From Haloquadratum walsbyi C23 (lineage in GTDB: Archaea; Halobacteriota; Halobacteria; Halobacteriales; Haloferacaceae), in assembly GCF_000237865.1 (NCBI RefSeq), contig NC_017459.1:1560001-1592000 (forward strand): 32,000 nucleotides of DNA. Direction: 5' to 3'. Every line of letters begins with the position of its first letter. Positions within the stretch are counted from its first letter, which is position 1. Shown piece by piece: positions 17,430 to 26,925 of this stretch. Below the pieces are notes generated by a model. That model saw nothing but the letters and a program-made list of their open reading frames with translations. It searched no databases and was not told the DNA's origin. The position numbers were made by a program, and so were the translations under genes.

Positions 17430-18629
17430 GTGGGTGACGTGAACCTACCAAAGCTCAAACGAATCCTCACCGATCCGGACGAGTTCATTTCGAACAGCCA
17501 GCTGAAATCTCTTAGCATGGAGTTGCTTGAGTTGATACCCATGGAAGGAATCGAGGGCTCCGGCCTCGATTCCGACCAGATCATGGAAGTCGTTTTACGA
17601 GCTGCTGTTGACCAGACATCGGTCAACGGTGTCACAACCAGCACTGAGGACACACCAAACCGGGAGACAGTGATGGATTGGCTCCACACGCTGGAAAAAG
17701 AGACAATGCTTGATGCTGTCAACGACATTCTCGCGCTGGTAGCTATGACGGTTCTCGACCGCGACGGGTCGAGAACCATCTGCATCGACTTCATGAACAA
17801 CCCATTCCACGGTTGTCCAGACGATGAAGACGAATTCCGGCGGATGAGTGCCCGCGACGGCACTACAAAGTGTCACCGCTACTGTACAGCGTTTGTTCTT
17901 GCACAGGGGAAGCCGCTGACGCTGGCGGTTGAACCGGTTGATGGCAAAGATAGCAAGGCCGACGCGGTCGAGCGCGTGCTCGCCCGCGTTGAGACTTATC
18001 CGTTCGAGATCGATCAGATTCTCATGGACAGAGACGCCTTCTGTGGCGAGTTAATCGGCGTTCTCCGTGAGGCAGCACCGCCGGTCTTTCCGGTGAGAAC
18101 CGGGAAAGAAACCCTCGAAGAGAAGCTCACAACGGGTTCCTCGTACATGACTGAGGAGATAATCTGCGAAGGGAAAGAGCACGAACAAACGTATCCACTG
18201 GCGGTCAACGTCACGTATCAAAACGGAGATCGCGGGAAGTCAGGGCTCAAACAGACAGGATACGCGGCGTACGGTCTGGAAGACCGAACGCCGCGGCAAG
18301 TGGCGCAGGTCTACAACCACCGGGCACAGATTGAGAAGAGCTACGAGACATTCCGGAAAGCGCGTGCTCTGACAACAACACCATCGACGACGATTCGGCT
18401 GTTCTACGTGGGCGTTGGGTTCCTGCTGGAGCAGTTGTGGGTTGTGTTGCAGTGGGCAGTGCTCGCCCGACCACGGCGTGGCGGGCGAGCACTTCCGACC
18501 GATTTCACGTTCAACAACGCGTTTCTCCATGGGGTCGAAGAGGTGCTGGACGATGAGCTCGGCTGGAAAGATGAACACCAGACGAACGGCCAGGGACTAC
18601 CAGCAGGGCACGAACACGGACTCGGGTAA
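17430..18629 (+). CDS. DDE transposase (ISH3-like)
   Basis: 399-aa ORF filling the IS. The segment ...HRAQIEKSYETFRKARALTTTPSTTIRLFYVGVGFLLEQLWVV...ARPRRGGRA matches the YR..../TTT../RLxYV/PRRGGR pattern I recall for ISH3-family transposases. The track start is GTG, so the true start is uncertain. A 10-bp-stem hairpin (18633-18656) follows the stop. Confidence 0.8.
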   Translation: MGDVNLPKLKRILTDPDEFISNSQLKSLSMELLELIPMEGIEGSGLDSDQIMEVVLRAAVDQTSVNGVTTSTEDTPNRETVMDWLHTLEKETMLDAVNDILALVAMTVLDRDGSRTICIDFMNNPFHGCPDDEDEFRRMSARDGTTKCHRYCTAFVLAQGKPLTLAVEPVDGKDSKADAVERVLARVETYPFEIDQILMDRDAFCGELIGVLREAAPPVFPVRTGKETLEEKLTTGSSYMTEEIICEGKEHEQTYPLAVNVTYQNGDRGKSGLKQTGYAAYGLEDRTPRQVAQVYNHRAQIEKSYETFRKARALTTTPSTTIRLFYVGVGFLLEQLWVVLQWAVLARPRRGGRALPTDFTFNNAFLHGVEEVLDDELGWKDEHQTNGQGLPAGHEHGLG

Positions 18630-18825
18630 GCCGCCTCGCTTCGGGCGAAGCGAGGCTGGCGACCAGCGACAGCTGTATCTGAATTGCGGCTTCAACACAG
18701 AGCTCAGTAGAGACAAGTAGTAAACTCGATATCTGTTTAGGTCACTGAGACAGCTGTTGGCGTCTTTGTCTTGTTTCGACGTCTTCCGGACGTGAAGTCT
18801 TACTTTCGCGGCTGCGGTTATCGGT

Positions 18826-18842
18826 AGAGTGGACAACTAGCG
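18826..18842. repeat. Right terminal inverted repeat AGAGTGGACAACTAGCG
   Basis: It is the exact reverse complement of 17334-17350. Confidence 0.9.
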
Positions 18843-18954
18843 AATATATGGCTATTATACAGATACTACAGGGACAGAAAGGACAAAACGAGCTACGTAT
18901 TTGATGTAGATTCACTGAGACTAGTACAAGGATTTTCATACGGCGCTTCATTAT

Positions 18955-19365
18955 ATGATATATATGGCTGTAGATGTCCCTGCTGATGTTGAGGCAGTGC
19001 TGACACAATTGCTGACAGCCAGTCACGAGGCAGCGCTTACAATTGCCACTCGTCAGAACGCAGATGACATATACACAGATGAAGATAGTATTTCTCACAC
19101 TCACTATACTGCATCAATCGAATGTGAGCAATCGTCGATGACCGATGAAGTTCAGACGATACGGTCGGCAGTTGACACTATCGAAACTGTGTCTACGAAC
19201 AAACTCCCAACTGGATTGCTTCAGACACGGCTTCAACATGGATGTGAGCGGGTTCGGATTGCAATTGAATCCGATCCTGATGCAGATGCAACAACAAAGA
19301 CCCAGCCATTGCTTGCTGCGGCGTATTTGGATGCAATGTTGAGGCGGGTTGAAGAAGAAATATAA
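18955..19365 (+). CDS. Hypothetical acidic protein
   Basis: 136-aa ORF with haloarchaeal-type acidic composition and no competing ORF. I recognised no motif. ATGs lie at 18955 and 18964. Confidence 0.45.
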   Translation: MIYMAVDVPADVEAVLTQLLTASHEAALTIATRQNADDIYTDEDSISHTHYTASIECEQSSMTDEVQTIRSAVDTIETVSTNKLPTGLLQTRLQHGCERVRIAIESDPDADATTKTQPLLAAAYLDAMLRRVEEEI

Positions 19366-19501
19366 TCACTTTGACCGACATGGGCATTCCCTCCGGGTGA
19401 CGAGGGCTAGTCCCAGTTTCGTCTCATAACCGTGATCGCGTTATTAAATATGTACCACTATTTCTATCGAATCTGTGAGATGGTAATCAGATGGAATTAA
19501 A

Positions 19502-20119
19502 TTACTGATTCGGAGTATCAGCAATTGGTTCAGTAATGTGAGTCTCATGACCTGCAGCAGTAGCGTTCAATATCGCTGCAGTCGGTGATTCTCGCAATGC
19601 TTCTTCATCATATCCAGCGTCATCAAATGCTTCAATTGCCCAGCGCTTTGAGCGAAGGTGGTATTTTTGATGATAGTCCTCAGCATGATAGAACGGCGAT
19701 GGTGGTGAAGTAATACGCGTTGCTACTGAATTAATATCAAATCCGTTTGAATCAAGGACCGTTTTCACCGTCTCTTTTTGCGATGATGTTGGGAACAGGA
19801 TATGCTGATACTGTCTTTTTGATGGCTGTCGACGTGGATCATGGCTCTCAAGCGCAATCATAAGAAGTGTGGTATATGTGATTTCGCTTGGATCATACTC
19901 TAATTGAACTGCCTCAGTATGGTTGCCAATGTCATGATATGTCGGATCCGCTGTCGTTCCACCAGCATAGCCAACTCGTGTGCGAATCACCCCATCGAAT
20001 GAACCAAACCGTGCGTCTGGACCCCAAAAACAACCAAGAGCGAATGTTGCCGTCTCTGTCTCTGCGGATGTTGGAGCTGATTCATCGTACTCCTGAATAT
20101 CATCGGATGTTACTTCCAT
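19502..20119 (-). CDS. msrA: Peptide methionine (S)-sulfoxide reductase
   Basis: Canonical active-site GCFWG in ATFALGCFWGPDARFG, followed by GYAGG and HDP motifs. Confidence 0.9.
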   Translation of the reverse strand: MEVTSDDIQEYDESAPTSAETETATFALGCFWGPDARFGSFDGVIRTRVGYAGGTTADPTYHDIGNHTEAVQLEYDPSEITYTTLLMIALESHDPRRQPSKRQYQHILFPTSSQKETVKTVLDSNGFDINSVATRITSPPSPFYHAEDYHQKYHLRSKRWAIEAFDDAGYDEEALRESPTAAILNATAAGHETHITEPIADTPNQ

Positions 20120-20223
20120 ATATAATCTGTGTCGTCAACATGAATATACACACCGCACATCACACAGAATACCGATACCCAATAATCATGTGAGTGTTTG
20201 ATCATACATATTGATATCCGCAA

Positions 20224-21639
20224 ATGTCGACAGACAGACACCCATTGGGGATTATCAAAAATCTCGGTGAAAAAACAATTCGTGGACTCGATGATCAAAT
20301 AACCGGCGATCTGATCTTACCGGATAATGAGCAGTATGATGACGCTCGCGATGTTTGGAATGGATTAATCAATCGATATCCTGCAGTTATCGTCCGGGCA
20401 CTCGACAGCGATGACGTGGCAGCAGCAATTAATTTCGCACGTGAACAGAATCTCACATTGTCGATTCGTGGCGGTGCCCATCATCAAGCTGGTGAGGCAA
20501 TCGTGGACAATGGGGTAGTCATTGATCTTGCAGCGTTTGATCACATCGATATTGACGCTGAGGAACGGATCGCGAATATCGGTCCTGGAACTCAAACGAA
20601 AGAGGTAATCAAGACGACACAAGCGCATGGACTCGCAACACCGACCGGAAGTGCGGGTTGTGTCGGGATGGGCGGAACGACACTGGGTGGCGGTATCGGG
20701 TGGCTTCGTCGAAAACATGGACTCTCAGTCGATTCACTCCGCTCAATGGAGGTCGTGACGGCTGATGGAACCGCACACACAGCAAGTGAGAATCAAAATG
20801 CCGACCTGTTTTGGGCACTGCGAGGTGGTGGCGGTCAGTTTGGTATTGTCACTAACTTTGAGTTTGAGCTATATGATGTGGGACCGCTTATCGGTGGACT
20901 CATCACATTTTATCCGGCAGATGCTGCACGAACGGTTCTTGAGACATATTCTGAGTTCACCGAGCCAGAGGCGATGTCGTCAATCGTTAATTATGGAGAA
21001 GTACCTGCTGTGCCGCCCATTCCTGAGTCCCAACAGGGTGAACCAGCGATTGGAATTATCGGTTGTTATGCTGGCAATCCTGAGACAGCGATGGATGCGT
21101 TCGCTCCACTTCGGGAAATTACCGAGCCGTTGATTGATGCAACAGAGCCCATGGCATATACCGCGCTACACGAAATGGGGACGTTGATGCATCCATGGGG
21201 GCGGAAATACATCAACCGCTCTGTCTTTGTGGACGAACTCACCGAGCAGATACTCGAGCTCGTCATAACCCAAACCGACACAGCACCTGGTGAGATGGAT
21301 GGTGTTGGTATTTGGTCGATGGGCGGGGCTATCGACGATGACTCTGAGACTGCATATGCGTGGAGAGATAAGTCATATCTTATTCTCATCGAGGCTGCAT
21401 GGGAGGACCATGACAATCCTGCTCATATCGAGTGGGCTCATGAGACTGAACAGCGATTCCGTGAGGTAGGTGGTGAAGGTGCATACGCAGGGTACGCTGG
21501 CGTCGAAGAGGGTGAGTGGGAACAGTGGGAGAGAAAGATCTTCGATGATAATTACGACCGATTGCGCACACTCAAAGCTCGCTATGATCCTGCTGGAATA
21601 TTTGATCATGGGCTTTCTGTCACTCCAAAGACAGAATAA
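20224..21639 (+). CDS. FAD-linked oxidase (PCMH-type FAD-binding domain with a berberine/BBE-like C-terminus)
   Basis: N-terminal FAD_binding_4-like region (RGGAHH, GGTTLGGGIGW, ALRGGGGQFGIVT). The C-terminal RLRTLKARYDPAGIFDHG resembles the BBE-domain signature. Confidence 0.75.
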   Translation: MSTDRHPLGIIKNLGEKTIRGLDDQITGDLILPDNEQYDDARDVWNGLINRYPAVIVRALDSDDVAAAINFAREQNLTLSIRGGAHHQAGEAIVDNGVVIDLAAFDHIDIDAEERIANIGPGTQTKEVIKTTQAHGLATPTGSAGCVGMGGTTLGGGIGWLRRKHGLSVDSLRSMEVVTADGTAHTASENQNADLFWALRGGGGQFGIVTNFEFELYDVGPLIGGLITFYPADAARTVLETYSEFTEPEAMSSIVNYGEVPAVPPIPESQQGEPAIGIIGCYAGNPETAMDAFAPLREITEPLIDATEPMAYTALHEMGTLMHPWGRKYINRSVFVDELTEQILELVITQTDTAPGEMDGVGIWSMGGAIDDDSETAYAWRDKSYLILIEAAWEDHDNPAHIEWAHETEQRFREVGGEGAYAGYAGVEEGEWEQWERKIFDDNYDRLRTLKARYDPAGIFDHGLSVTPKTE

Positions 21640-22040
21640 TAAATGCGCAAAGTGACTGTATCGACTATCATATCGGTTATCACTCAGCCGCAGTGAAGTG
21701 CGCGTATCAATCTAATCATCCACCAGTTATCATATGTCGAATAAAATCTCGCCTGTTACACTTGCTATCACTCACGCAGTTCACTCCGTGCGGACTGACC
21801 CGAGGATTTTGTAATCTTACGATTGGTTTCCTCTTTCTGTAACGGCGATGATACTTATGAGTGATGACATCATGATTCGTCTGTCTCTACAAGACCGCAC
21901 TCAGCAAAGTTGGAACGCCAGTTTTTGGCTTTATTTTGAGTCAAAGAATCACAGCATCAACAGTTGATACAACGGTGAAAAAAGACTGTGAGATTTGGAC
22001 GTGACTCGGGAGTGAGTTTGATAGGTTGGCGATATGATCA

Positions 22041-23039
22041 TCAGAAGTCACCAAGCGTTGATTGATTCGATTTTAGCGCTTGTGTATCATATCCGTGCTC
22101 ACGAGTAAGTCGTGTTGCGAACGTCTCAGTAAACCCGTGTTGTGTATAAACACGCTCTGGATCAACAGTCGTGACGAGCTCAATGAGCTCATCATAATCG
22201 CAATGATCCGAGAGTACAAACCCTTTATCAACCCCACGCTGATAAATAAATGAATCATCGATTGCCCACCCAGAGAATCCGGCAGTCATTGCATCAGTCG
22301 CCTCAATAAGTGATTCAATCCACCCAAGACGTGTTGTCTGCATCGGTAATACAACTGCATCACCAGGTTGCAGTGTGACATCTGTAGTATATCGGCGTGC
22401 ATCAAAGCTAATCTCATGGTGTGACTCAATGACTGCATTAAGTTCTGCAATTGCATCCGTGATGAACACGCGTGAACGCGCTGTCGATTCAAGTAATACT
22501 TGTAGTTTTTGTGCCCGACCAAGTGCGTATCCGAACAAAATTACGACATCATCCATCGTTTGAGCAAGCCACTCACGAATTCGATCATGTGTTTTTTCAG
22601 GTGATGGAAAGCGATATTTTGGGTCACCATACGTCGTTTCAAGAATCAAGACATCTGCGTCGACCGGATCGAATCCATCAAGATATAATCGATCAGATAA
22701 TCGACAATCACCGGTGTAAAGATACCGACAATCCGTTTCAGGATCAGTGAGAAGGACCGCTCTCGACCCAGCAATATGACCCGCTGGTATCAAATCAACT
22801 GCTGGATGGGTAATTTTCTCTGGCTTACACTCTGACTGGCGAACAGATGCAAGTGCAACGGTAAGCTCAGAGGCAACAATTTCACCCGCAGTATCAACCA
22901 GATGATCACCGTGAGCATGACTGACAGCTGTTGTTACCTCTTGCTTTGAGGATCCTTTTGGGACTCCATCACAGACAATTCGTTCACCACTTGCAAATTC
23001 AATTTCAACACCATCACGAAGATACACACCGGGAGCCAC
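22041..23039 (-). CDS. Metallo-beta-lactamase / beta-CASP family nuclease (ligase-associated exonuclease-like)
   Basis: HxHxDH motif as HAHGDH, and a late SDHCDYDEL motif typical of beta-CASP motif C. It is ~330 aa, the size of the short DNA-ligase-associated members. It lies 137 nt downstream of the ligase on the same strand. Confidence 0.7.
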   Translation of the reverse strand: MAPGVYLRDGVEIEFASGERIVCDGVPKGSSKQEVTTAVSHAHGDHLVDTAGEIVASELTVALASVRQSECKPEKITHPAVDLIPAGHIAGSRAVLLTDPETDCRYLYTGDCRLSDRLYLDGFDPVDADVLILETTYGDPKYRFPSPEKTHDRIREWLAQTMDDVVILFGYALGRAQKLQVLLESTARSRVFITDAIAELNAVIESHHEISFDARRYTTDVTLQPGDAVVLPMQTTRLGWIESLIEATDAMTAGFSGWAIDDSFIYQRGVDKGFVLSDHCDYDELIELVTTVDPERVYTQHGFTETFATRLTREHGYDTQALKSNQSTLGDF

Positions 23040-23176
23040 GCGTACAGTAACCTCTGTGTTGCGTGTATCTATTGGTTTCTCTCTACTGTCAAGAAATCGA
23101 AGACTTTCTGTGTATCAAACGACTCACCAGGAGCAACGTAGGATTAACATCTATCCGATCTTCATCACCTGCTGTA

Positions 23177-25033
23177 TTATACACTCGTTTGACTCTCATC
23201 GAGTGATTGTTGTTCATACAACCGCTCAACGCGCTCAAGTGAGTCTGCCTGCGATGGGTCACAGTCATGTCGGATTTGTTTCAATCGTGGAAATCGAAGT
23301 GCATACCCAGAATCATATGTTGATGAGATCTGTATTTCCTCATATTCAACCGCGAGCACAACAGCAGGTGTGAGCGTTGCTTCTCTCCCTTCAACATGTT
23401 CAATCAATGGTTCGACACGGTTTGTGAACGTCTCAAGTTGATCATCAGTGAATCCGGTATGCATCCGACCAACCTCTGCGAGATTACCATCAGCAGTTCG
23501 GCATGCAAGGTACGGTCGACCGAGAAAGTCACTTTTACGCCCCTCACTCCACTTTGCCCGGGTAACAACCAGATCGAGTGGCTCCATTGTTGGCTTTATT
23601 TTCCGCTGATATCCAACTCGAGACCCGGGTTGATACGGTCGCGTCGGATTTTTTATCATCACACCCTCATGACCAGCAGCAAGTGCATCCTCATAGAACT
23701 CCGTTGCTGTTGTCTGTGTTGTTGCCCACGTACACTGTGCCCGTCTCAGTGATGAGCTGGATTGATATTGATCATTACTCACGGTCGTAACAGACGTTGA
23801 AGAGTGAGCATTATGTGTCGAGGCGGATTTACTATCTGACGTCGCCTTTGTGCTAAGGATTGTATTGAGGCGTTCTAACCGCATCTCAAGCGTATCCGTT
23901 AGCAATGATTCACCATTGAGGGCAAGTAAATCAAAGACATATGTTGTGACCGGAATCGACTTCGCAATCGTGGCGACGTTATCGGTTCGTTGGATACGCT
24001 GTGCAAGCGTTTGGAATGTGACTGGGGTATCATCGTTACTTTGTGGGTCGTATCCAACAAGCTCTGCCTCAATAATATAATGCTCAGCATCAATATGATC
24101 ACGTGCTGCTGAGACAACATCCGGGAACTGCTCTGTCACATCAGAAAGTCGTCGTGTATATACTCGTATTTCATCACCATCGCGGTGTATCTTAGCACGA
24201 ATACCATCATATTTGAACTCAATGAGGACTGCTCCACTGTGTGATAACTCTATATTATGATTTCTCTCAATGTGCTTCGGATCTGCGGCAAGTTCATCAA
24301 CCGCAGTCTGAATACTCTCTGCTTGCTTTGCGAGCATTGGCTTAATTGGACGAAATAACTCAAGATCAACATCATCTAACCCGGGTTGCCCCTGCTCAGC
24401 AACACGCTGCGCGACAACAGCAACATCGTTGGTTAAGTCAATCGCTCGCTGGACGGCATCCGCAGCATCATCAGACATGTCAAGGAATGCGCTTGCAAGT
24501 GCATTACGAACGATTCCTTCACCAACACCAAGTCGCATTGATCCTGTTACGGTTCGAACGATATATCGAGCAGCGAGTGGTGATGCATCAGAGATGAGTC
24601 CAGCAATTTCGTCTCGCTGTTTTTGTTGACTACCCGAACCTGCATAACTAGCAACCTCGCGGAGTGTCTCATATACACGGGTGACTGTCAGCGGTGTTGC
24701 AGTGAGTGTCTGTTGTACGCGATCATCAACAGCGTATGCAGCAGCATCACCAAGATCACCCTCCTCTCGCCACCATGTCTCGATCTGTTCGCTCTCGACA
24801 CCGGTTGCCTTACTAATCGCGTCTGCAGCACCAGCGGTTGAAACACCAATTTCCGCTGCTTCCCAGCGAGCGAATACACGACCCTGGACAAGTCGAACGG
24901 TAACCGGAAGCAACGATTTCTCGGTATTATTATAGACATCTAAGAAACAATCAGCGAGGAGCGTCCCCTTCTGGGTCGTTGCTGATGTCGCAGCGACGTC
25001 AGTATATACCTCAGCGAGTTCAGAGTACTTCAC
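23177..25033 (-). CDS. ligA: ATP-dependent DNA ligase (archaeal Lig1-type) with a Ser/Thr-rich insertion
   Basis: Adenylation motif [10 protein letters not shown] (KxDG), motif EGVMIK, an N-terminal DNA-binding-domain-sized region and a C-terminal OB region. 618 aa. Confidence 0.9.
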   Translation of the reverse strand: MKYSELAEVYTDVAATSATTQKGTLLADCFLDVYNNTEKSLLPVTVRLVQGRVFARWEAAEIGVSTAGAADAISKATGVESEQIETWWREEGDLGDAAAYAVDDRVQQTLTATPLTVTRVYETLREVASYAGSGSQQKQRDEIAGLISDASPLAARYIVRTVTGSMRLGVGEGIVRNALASAFLDMSDDAADAVQRAIDLTNDVAVVAQRVAEQGQPGLDDVDLELFRPIKPMLAKQAESIQTAVDELAADPKHIERNHNIELSHSGAVLIEFKYDGIRAKIHRDGDEIRVYTRRLSDVTEQFPDVVSAARDHIDAEHYIIEAELVGYDPQSNDDTPVTFQTLAQRIQRTDNVATIAKSIPVTTYVFDLLALNGESLLTDTLEMRLERLNTILSTKATSDSKSASTHNAHSSTSVTTVSNDQYQSSSSLRRAQCTWATTQTTATEFYEDALAAGHEGVMIKNPTRPYQPGSRVGYQRKIKPTMEPLDLVVTRAKWSEGRKSDFLGRPYLACRTADGNLAEVGRMHTGFTDDQLETFTNRVEPLIEHVEGREATLTPAVVLAVEYEEIQISSTYDSGYALRFPRLKQIRHDCDPSQADSLERVERLYEQQSLDESQTSV

Positions 25034-25090
25034 AGTTTAATTGAATATTACCCTCGGTTATGTCGATGATATGCTATTTTCTCAACTCTC

Positions 25091-25132
25091 AATCCTCATC
25101 TTGCATCTTGCATTTTGAATCTTGAATTCTGT
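25091..25132. repeat. Degenerate tandem heptamers (AATCCTC ATCTTGC ATCTTGC ATTTTGA ATCTTGA ATTCTGT)
   Basis: Read directly. It lies 58-99 nt upstream of the ligase ATG on the minus strand and just 3' of the stop of the 25136..25561 gene. Confidence 0.7.
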
Positions 25133-25135
25133 CTG

Positions 25136-25561
25136 TTATTCTCGAAGAACACGGTCTGTAAGCCAACAATTTGGTTCTGGTATGGTTTCGTCCTCAGGTG
25201 TGGACTCATACTTCGACACACCAAAGCGATAGGTGACGGTCTGACCATCCTCGCCAGTGAGTGTTACTCGCTGTTGTGCACTGTCACCATCTTGTTCAAG
25301 CGGTCCTGTCACTGCTTCATTATGATCAATCATCGGTGCGTAACGGTTATTTTGGACCATCTGTCGAAATTGATCGAATGGTCCGGTCGCACGGCGATTT
25401 GCTGGCGAAGCGAAATTATATGCCGTTTTAATCCCAGCGTCCGGAACCGGTGAATCGTTATCTGCAAACGCTGATAGCTGGATTGCAATAACCTCTTCAG
25501 CATCATATGTTGATTCTGGGACTGTAACTGTCGTAATCGGATAAGTATATTCTGTTGTCAT
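25136..25561 (-). CDS. Small conserved protein, possibly DUF4864/NTF2-like
   Basis: 141-aa acidic ORF. The segment AYNFASPANRRATGPFDQFRQMV resembles the DUF4864 core as I remember it. The family call is tentative. Confidence 0.45.
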   Translation of the reverse strand: MTTEYTYPITTVTVPESTYDAEEVIAIQLSAFADNDSPVPDAGIKTAYNFASPANRRATGPFDQFRQMVQNNRYAPMIDHNEAVTGPLEQDGDSAQQRVTLTGEDGQTVTYRFGVSKYESTPEDETIPEPNCWLTDRVLRE

Positions 25562-25635
25562 ATGTTGTTAATGAGTTGTGATTGTGTGCGTCTGTATTTC
25601 GTGATTTCAGATATATCGATTCGTCGTGATGATAG

Positions 25636-26331
25636 CTATACCGAACGCTGAGCAGATGTCGATGATGAATTATCTATTCTAAGTAGCCGCATGCGACCAG
25701 CGACCAGCCCTATTGCAAGCCCAGCGGCATGCCCAACGAGTGCAGTTCCCGGACCACTCAGGAGGATAGCCATGACAGCAGCGACAATAATAAGCACTGC
25801 AGTCACAGCCCAGGAAATATCTGTTACTCGATCAATTGTGTCGATGAGTGTATCTGCGATGGCATTACTCGTGATAAGATATCCAAACAGTGCGAACACC
25901 GCTCCAGAAGCGCCAAGCACAGCCCGAGGGCTAAACGCGAGCAGACTTCCAAGTGTAATCTCTGCAACGCCAGCAAGCGCACCAGTAAGAATGAAGAATG
26001 TGTGAAACCGAAGCCGCGTTGTTGTTCGTTCGACAAGTGCGCCAAAGAGAATAAGTGCGATCAGATTGCTCATGAGATGACCAATGCTACCATGAGCGTA
26101 TGTGCTTGTTATGAGCGTCCATGGTTCGATAACGACAATCGGACTTAATGCGAATAATCCAACAAGACCAATTGCAGATAATGGGTACTGTATGAGAAAG
26201 AACCCACAGAGGAGTACAACTGTCTCGGCGGTTGGACTCCGCCCGCCGCGGACTGTGGTCCGTGGAAGGATTTCATCACCACTCTTCCCGGACGATTGTG
26301 ACCGCCGCGGTTGTTGATTGCCCATGGTCAA
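25636..26331 (-). CDS. Rhomboid-family intramembrane serine protease
   Basis: Polytopic membrane protein with HGSIGHLMSNL (HxxxN region), catalytic GASGAVFALFG (GxSG) and a downstream GHAAGLAIG His helix. Confidence 0.8.
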   Translation of the reverse strand: MTMGNQQPRRSQSSGKSGDEILPRTTVRGGRSPTAETVVLLCGFFLIQYPLSAIGLVGLFALSPIVVIEPWTLITSTYAHGSIGHLMSNLIALILFGALVERTTTRLRFHTFFILTGALAGVAEITLGSLLAFSPRAVLGASGAVFALFGYLITSNAIADTLIDTIDRVTDISWAVTAVLIIVAAVMAILLSGPGTALVGHAAGLAIGLVAGRMRLLRIDNSSSTSAQRSV

Positions 26332-26528
26332 TATACGTTGCTTAGACTGAAAAACACTCGTATGGATATCGGATTCACCGGACGAACAAGCAGGTGAGCC
26401 GTCGTTTTGAAATAGTGGCTACGACATTGAATCCTTTCGAAGCTGAAGCGCGAGCAGGAGTTTAATCAGATTTATTTACAGAAAAGGCGAATACTCTGAG
26501 GCTTTTCATAATATTGCATTCCTCACGG

Positions 26529-26819
26529 TCAATCTACCCGACGAGCCGCAATTCGAGATGCAGCGGCACCGGCGATAATGATAAGAATCATCAATCCACC
26601 GAGCGATGCCATCTGCGGAAGGTTACCATTCTGATATGCTATCCATAAAAACGGTGTCACAGCAGCAGCTGTTAAGAGGTGGATTCCGCCAACGAGTTGG
26701 GTGAGCGAGAATGGACCTGGAAGTGGTTTATCATCACGTTGTGACGTCGTGGAGCTGAGATCCGAATCAAGATCTGGATCAAGATACTCTTCGATATCTT
26801 CACTTTGTTCATCTGGCAT
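26529..26819 (-). CDS. Hypothetical small membrane protein (acidic N-tail plus two predicted TM helices)
   Basis: 96-aa ORF. An acidic N-terminus is followed by two hydrophobic stretches. No motif recognised. Confidence 0.4.
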   Translation of the reverse strand: MPDEQSEDIEEYLDPDLDSDLSSTTSQRDDKPLPGPFSLTQLVGGIHLLTAAAVTPFLWIAYQNGNLPQMASLGGLMILIIIAGAAASRIAARRVD

Positions 26820-26925
26820 ACAGCATAATTATATTCGCATCCGTGAGTACCTTACCCTGTAATCAGTAGCATCAACCCACTGATTTATTGATACCATACA
26901 GATTGAAGTTTATTCCCGATAAGTA

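Larger units (their letters stand above)
17334..18842 (+). mobile_element. Complete insertion sequence, ISH3-like (IS4-related DDE) family
   Basis: 1509 bp bounded by perfect 17-bp terminal inverted repeats and flanked by a direct AATAT duplication (17329-17333 and 18843-18847). It contains a single transposase ORF. An additional inverted pair GTCTCAGTGA/TCACTGAGAC lies at 17351-17360 and 18742-18751. G+C is visibly higher than in the flanks. The family assignment is from memory of ISH3 transposase C-terminal motifs. Confidence 0.85.

Noticed and set aside
17354-17863. 169-aa minus-strand ORF inside the IS
   Set aside because: It is antisense to the transposase. High local G+C generates long spurious open frames, and no motif is present.
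18912-18921. TCACTGAGAC just outside the IS, identical to the IS subterminal motif at 18742-18751
   Set aside because: It is a 10-nt match with no adjoining terminal inverted repeat sequence. That is too short to argue for a second IS end or a solo TIR.
21678-21790. Imperfect direct repeat TATCACTCA..GCAGT at 21678 and 21766, downstream of the FAD oxidase gene
   Set aside because: Only ~14 matching positions with indels. This is within chance expectation for AT-rich spacers.
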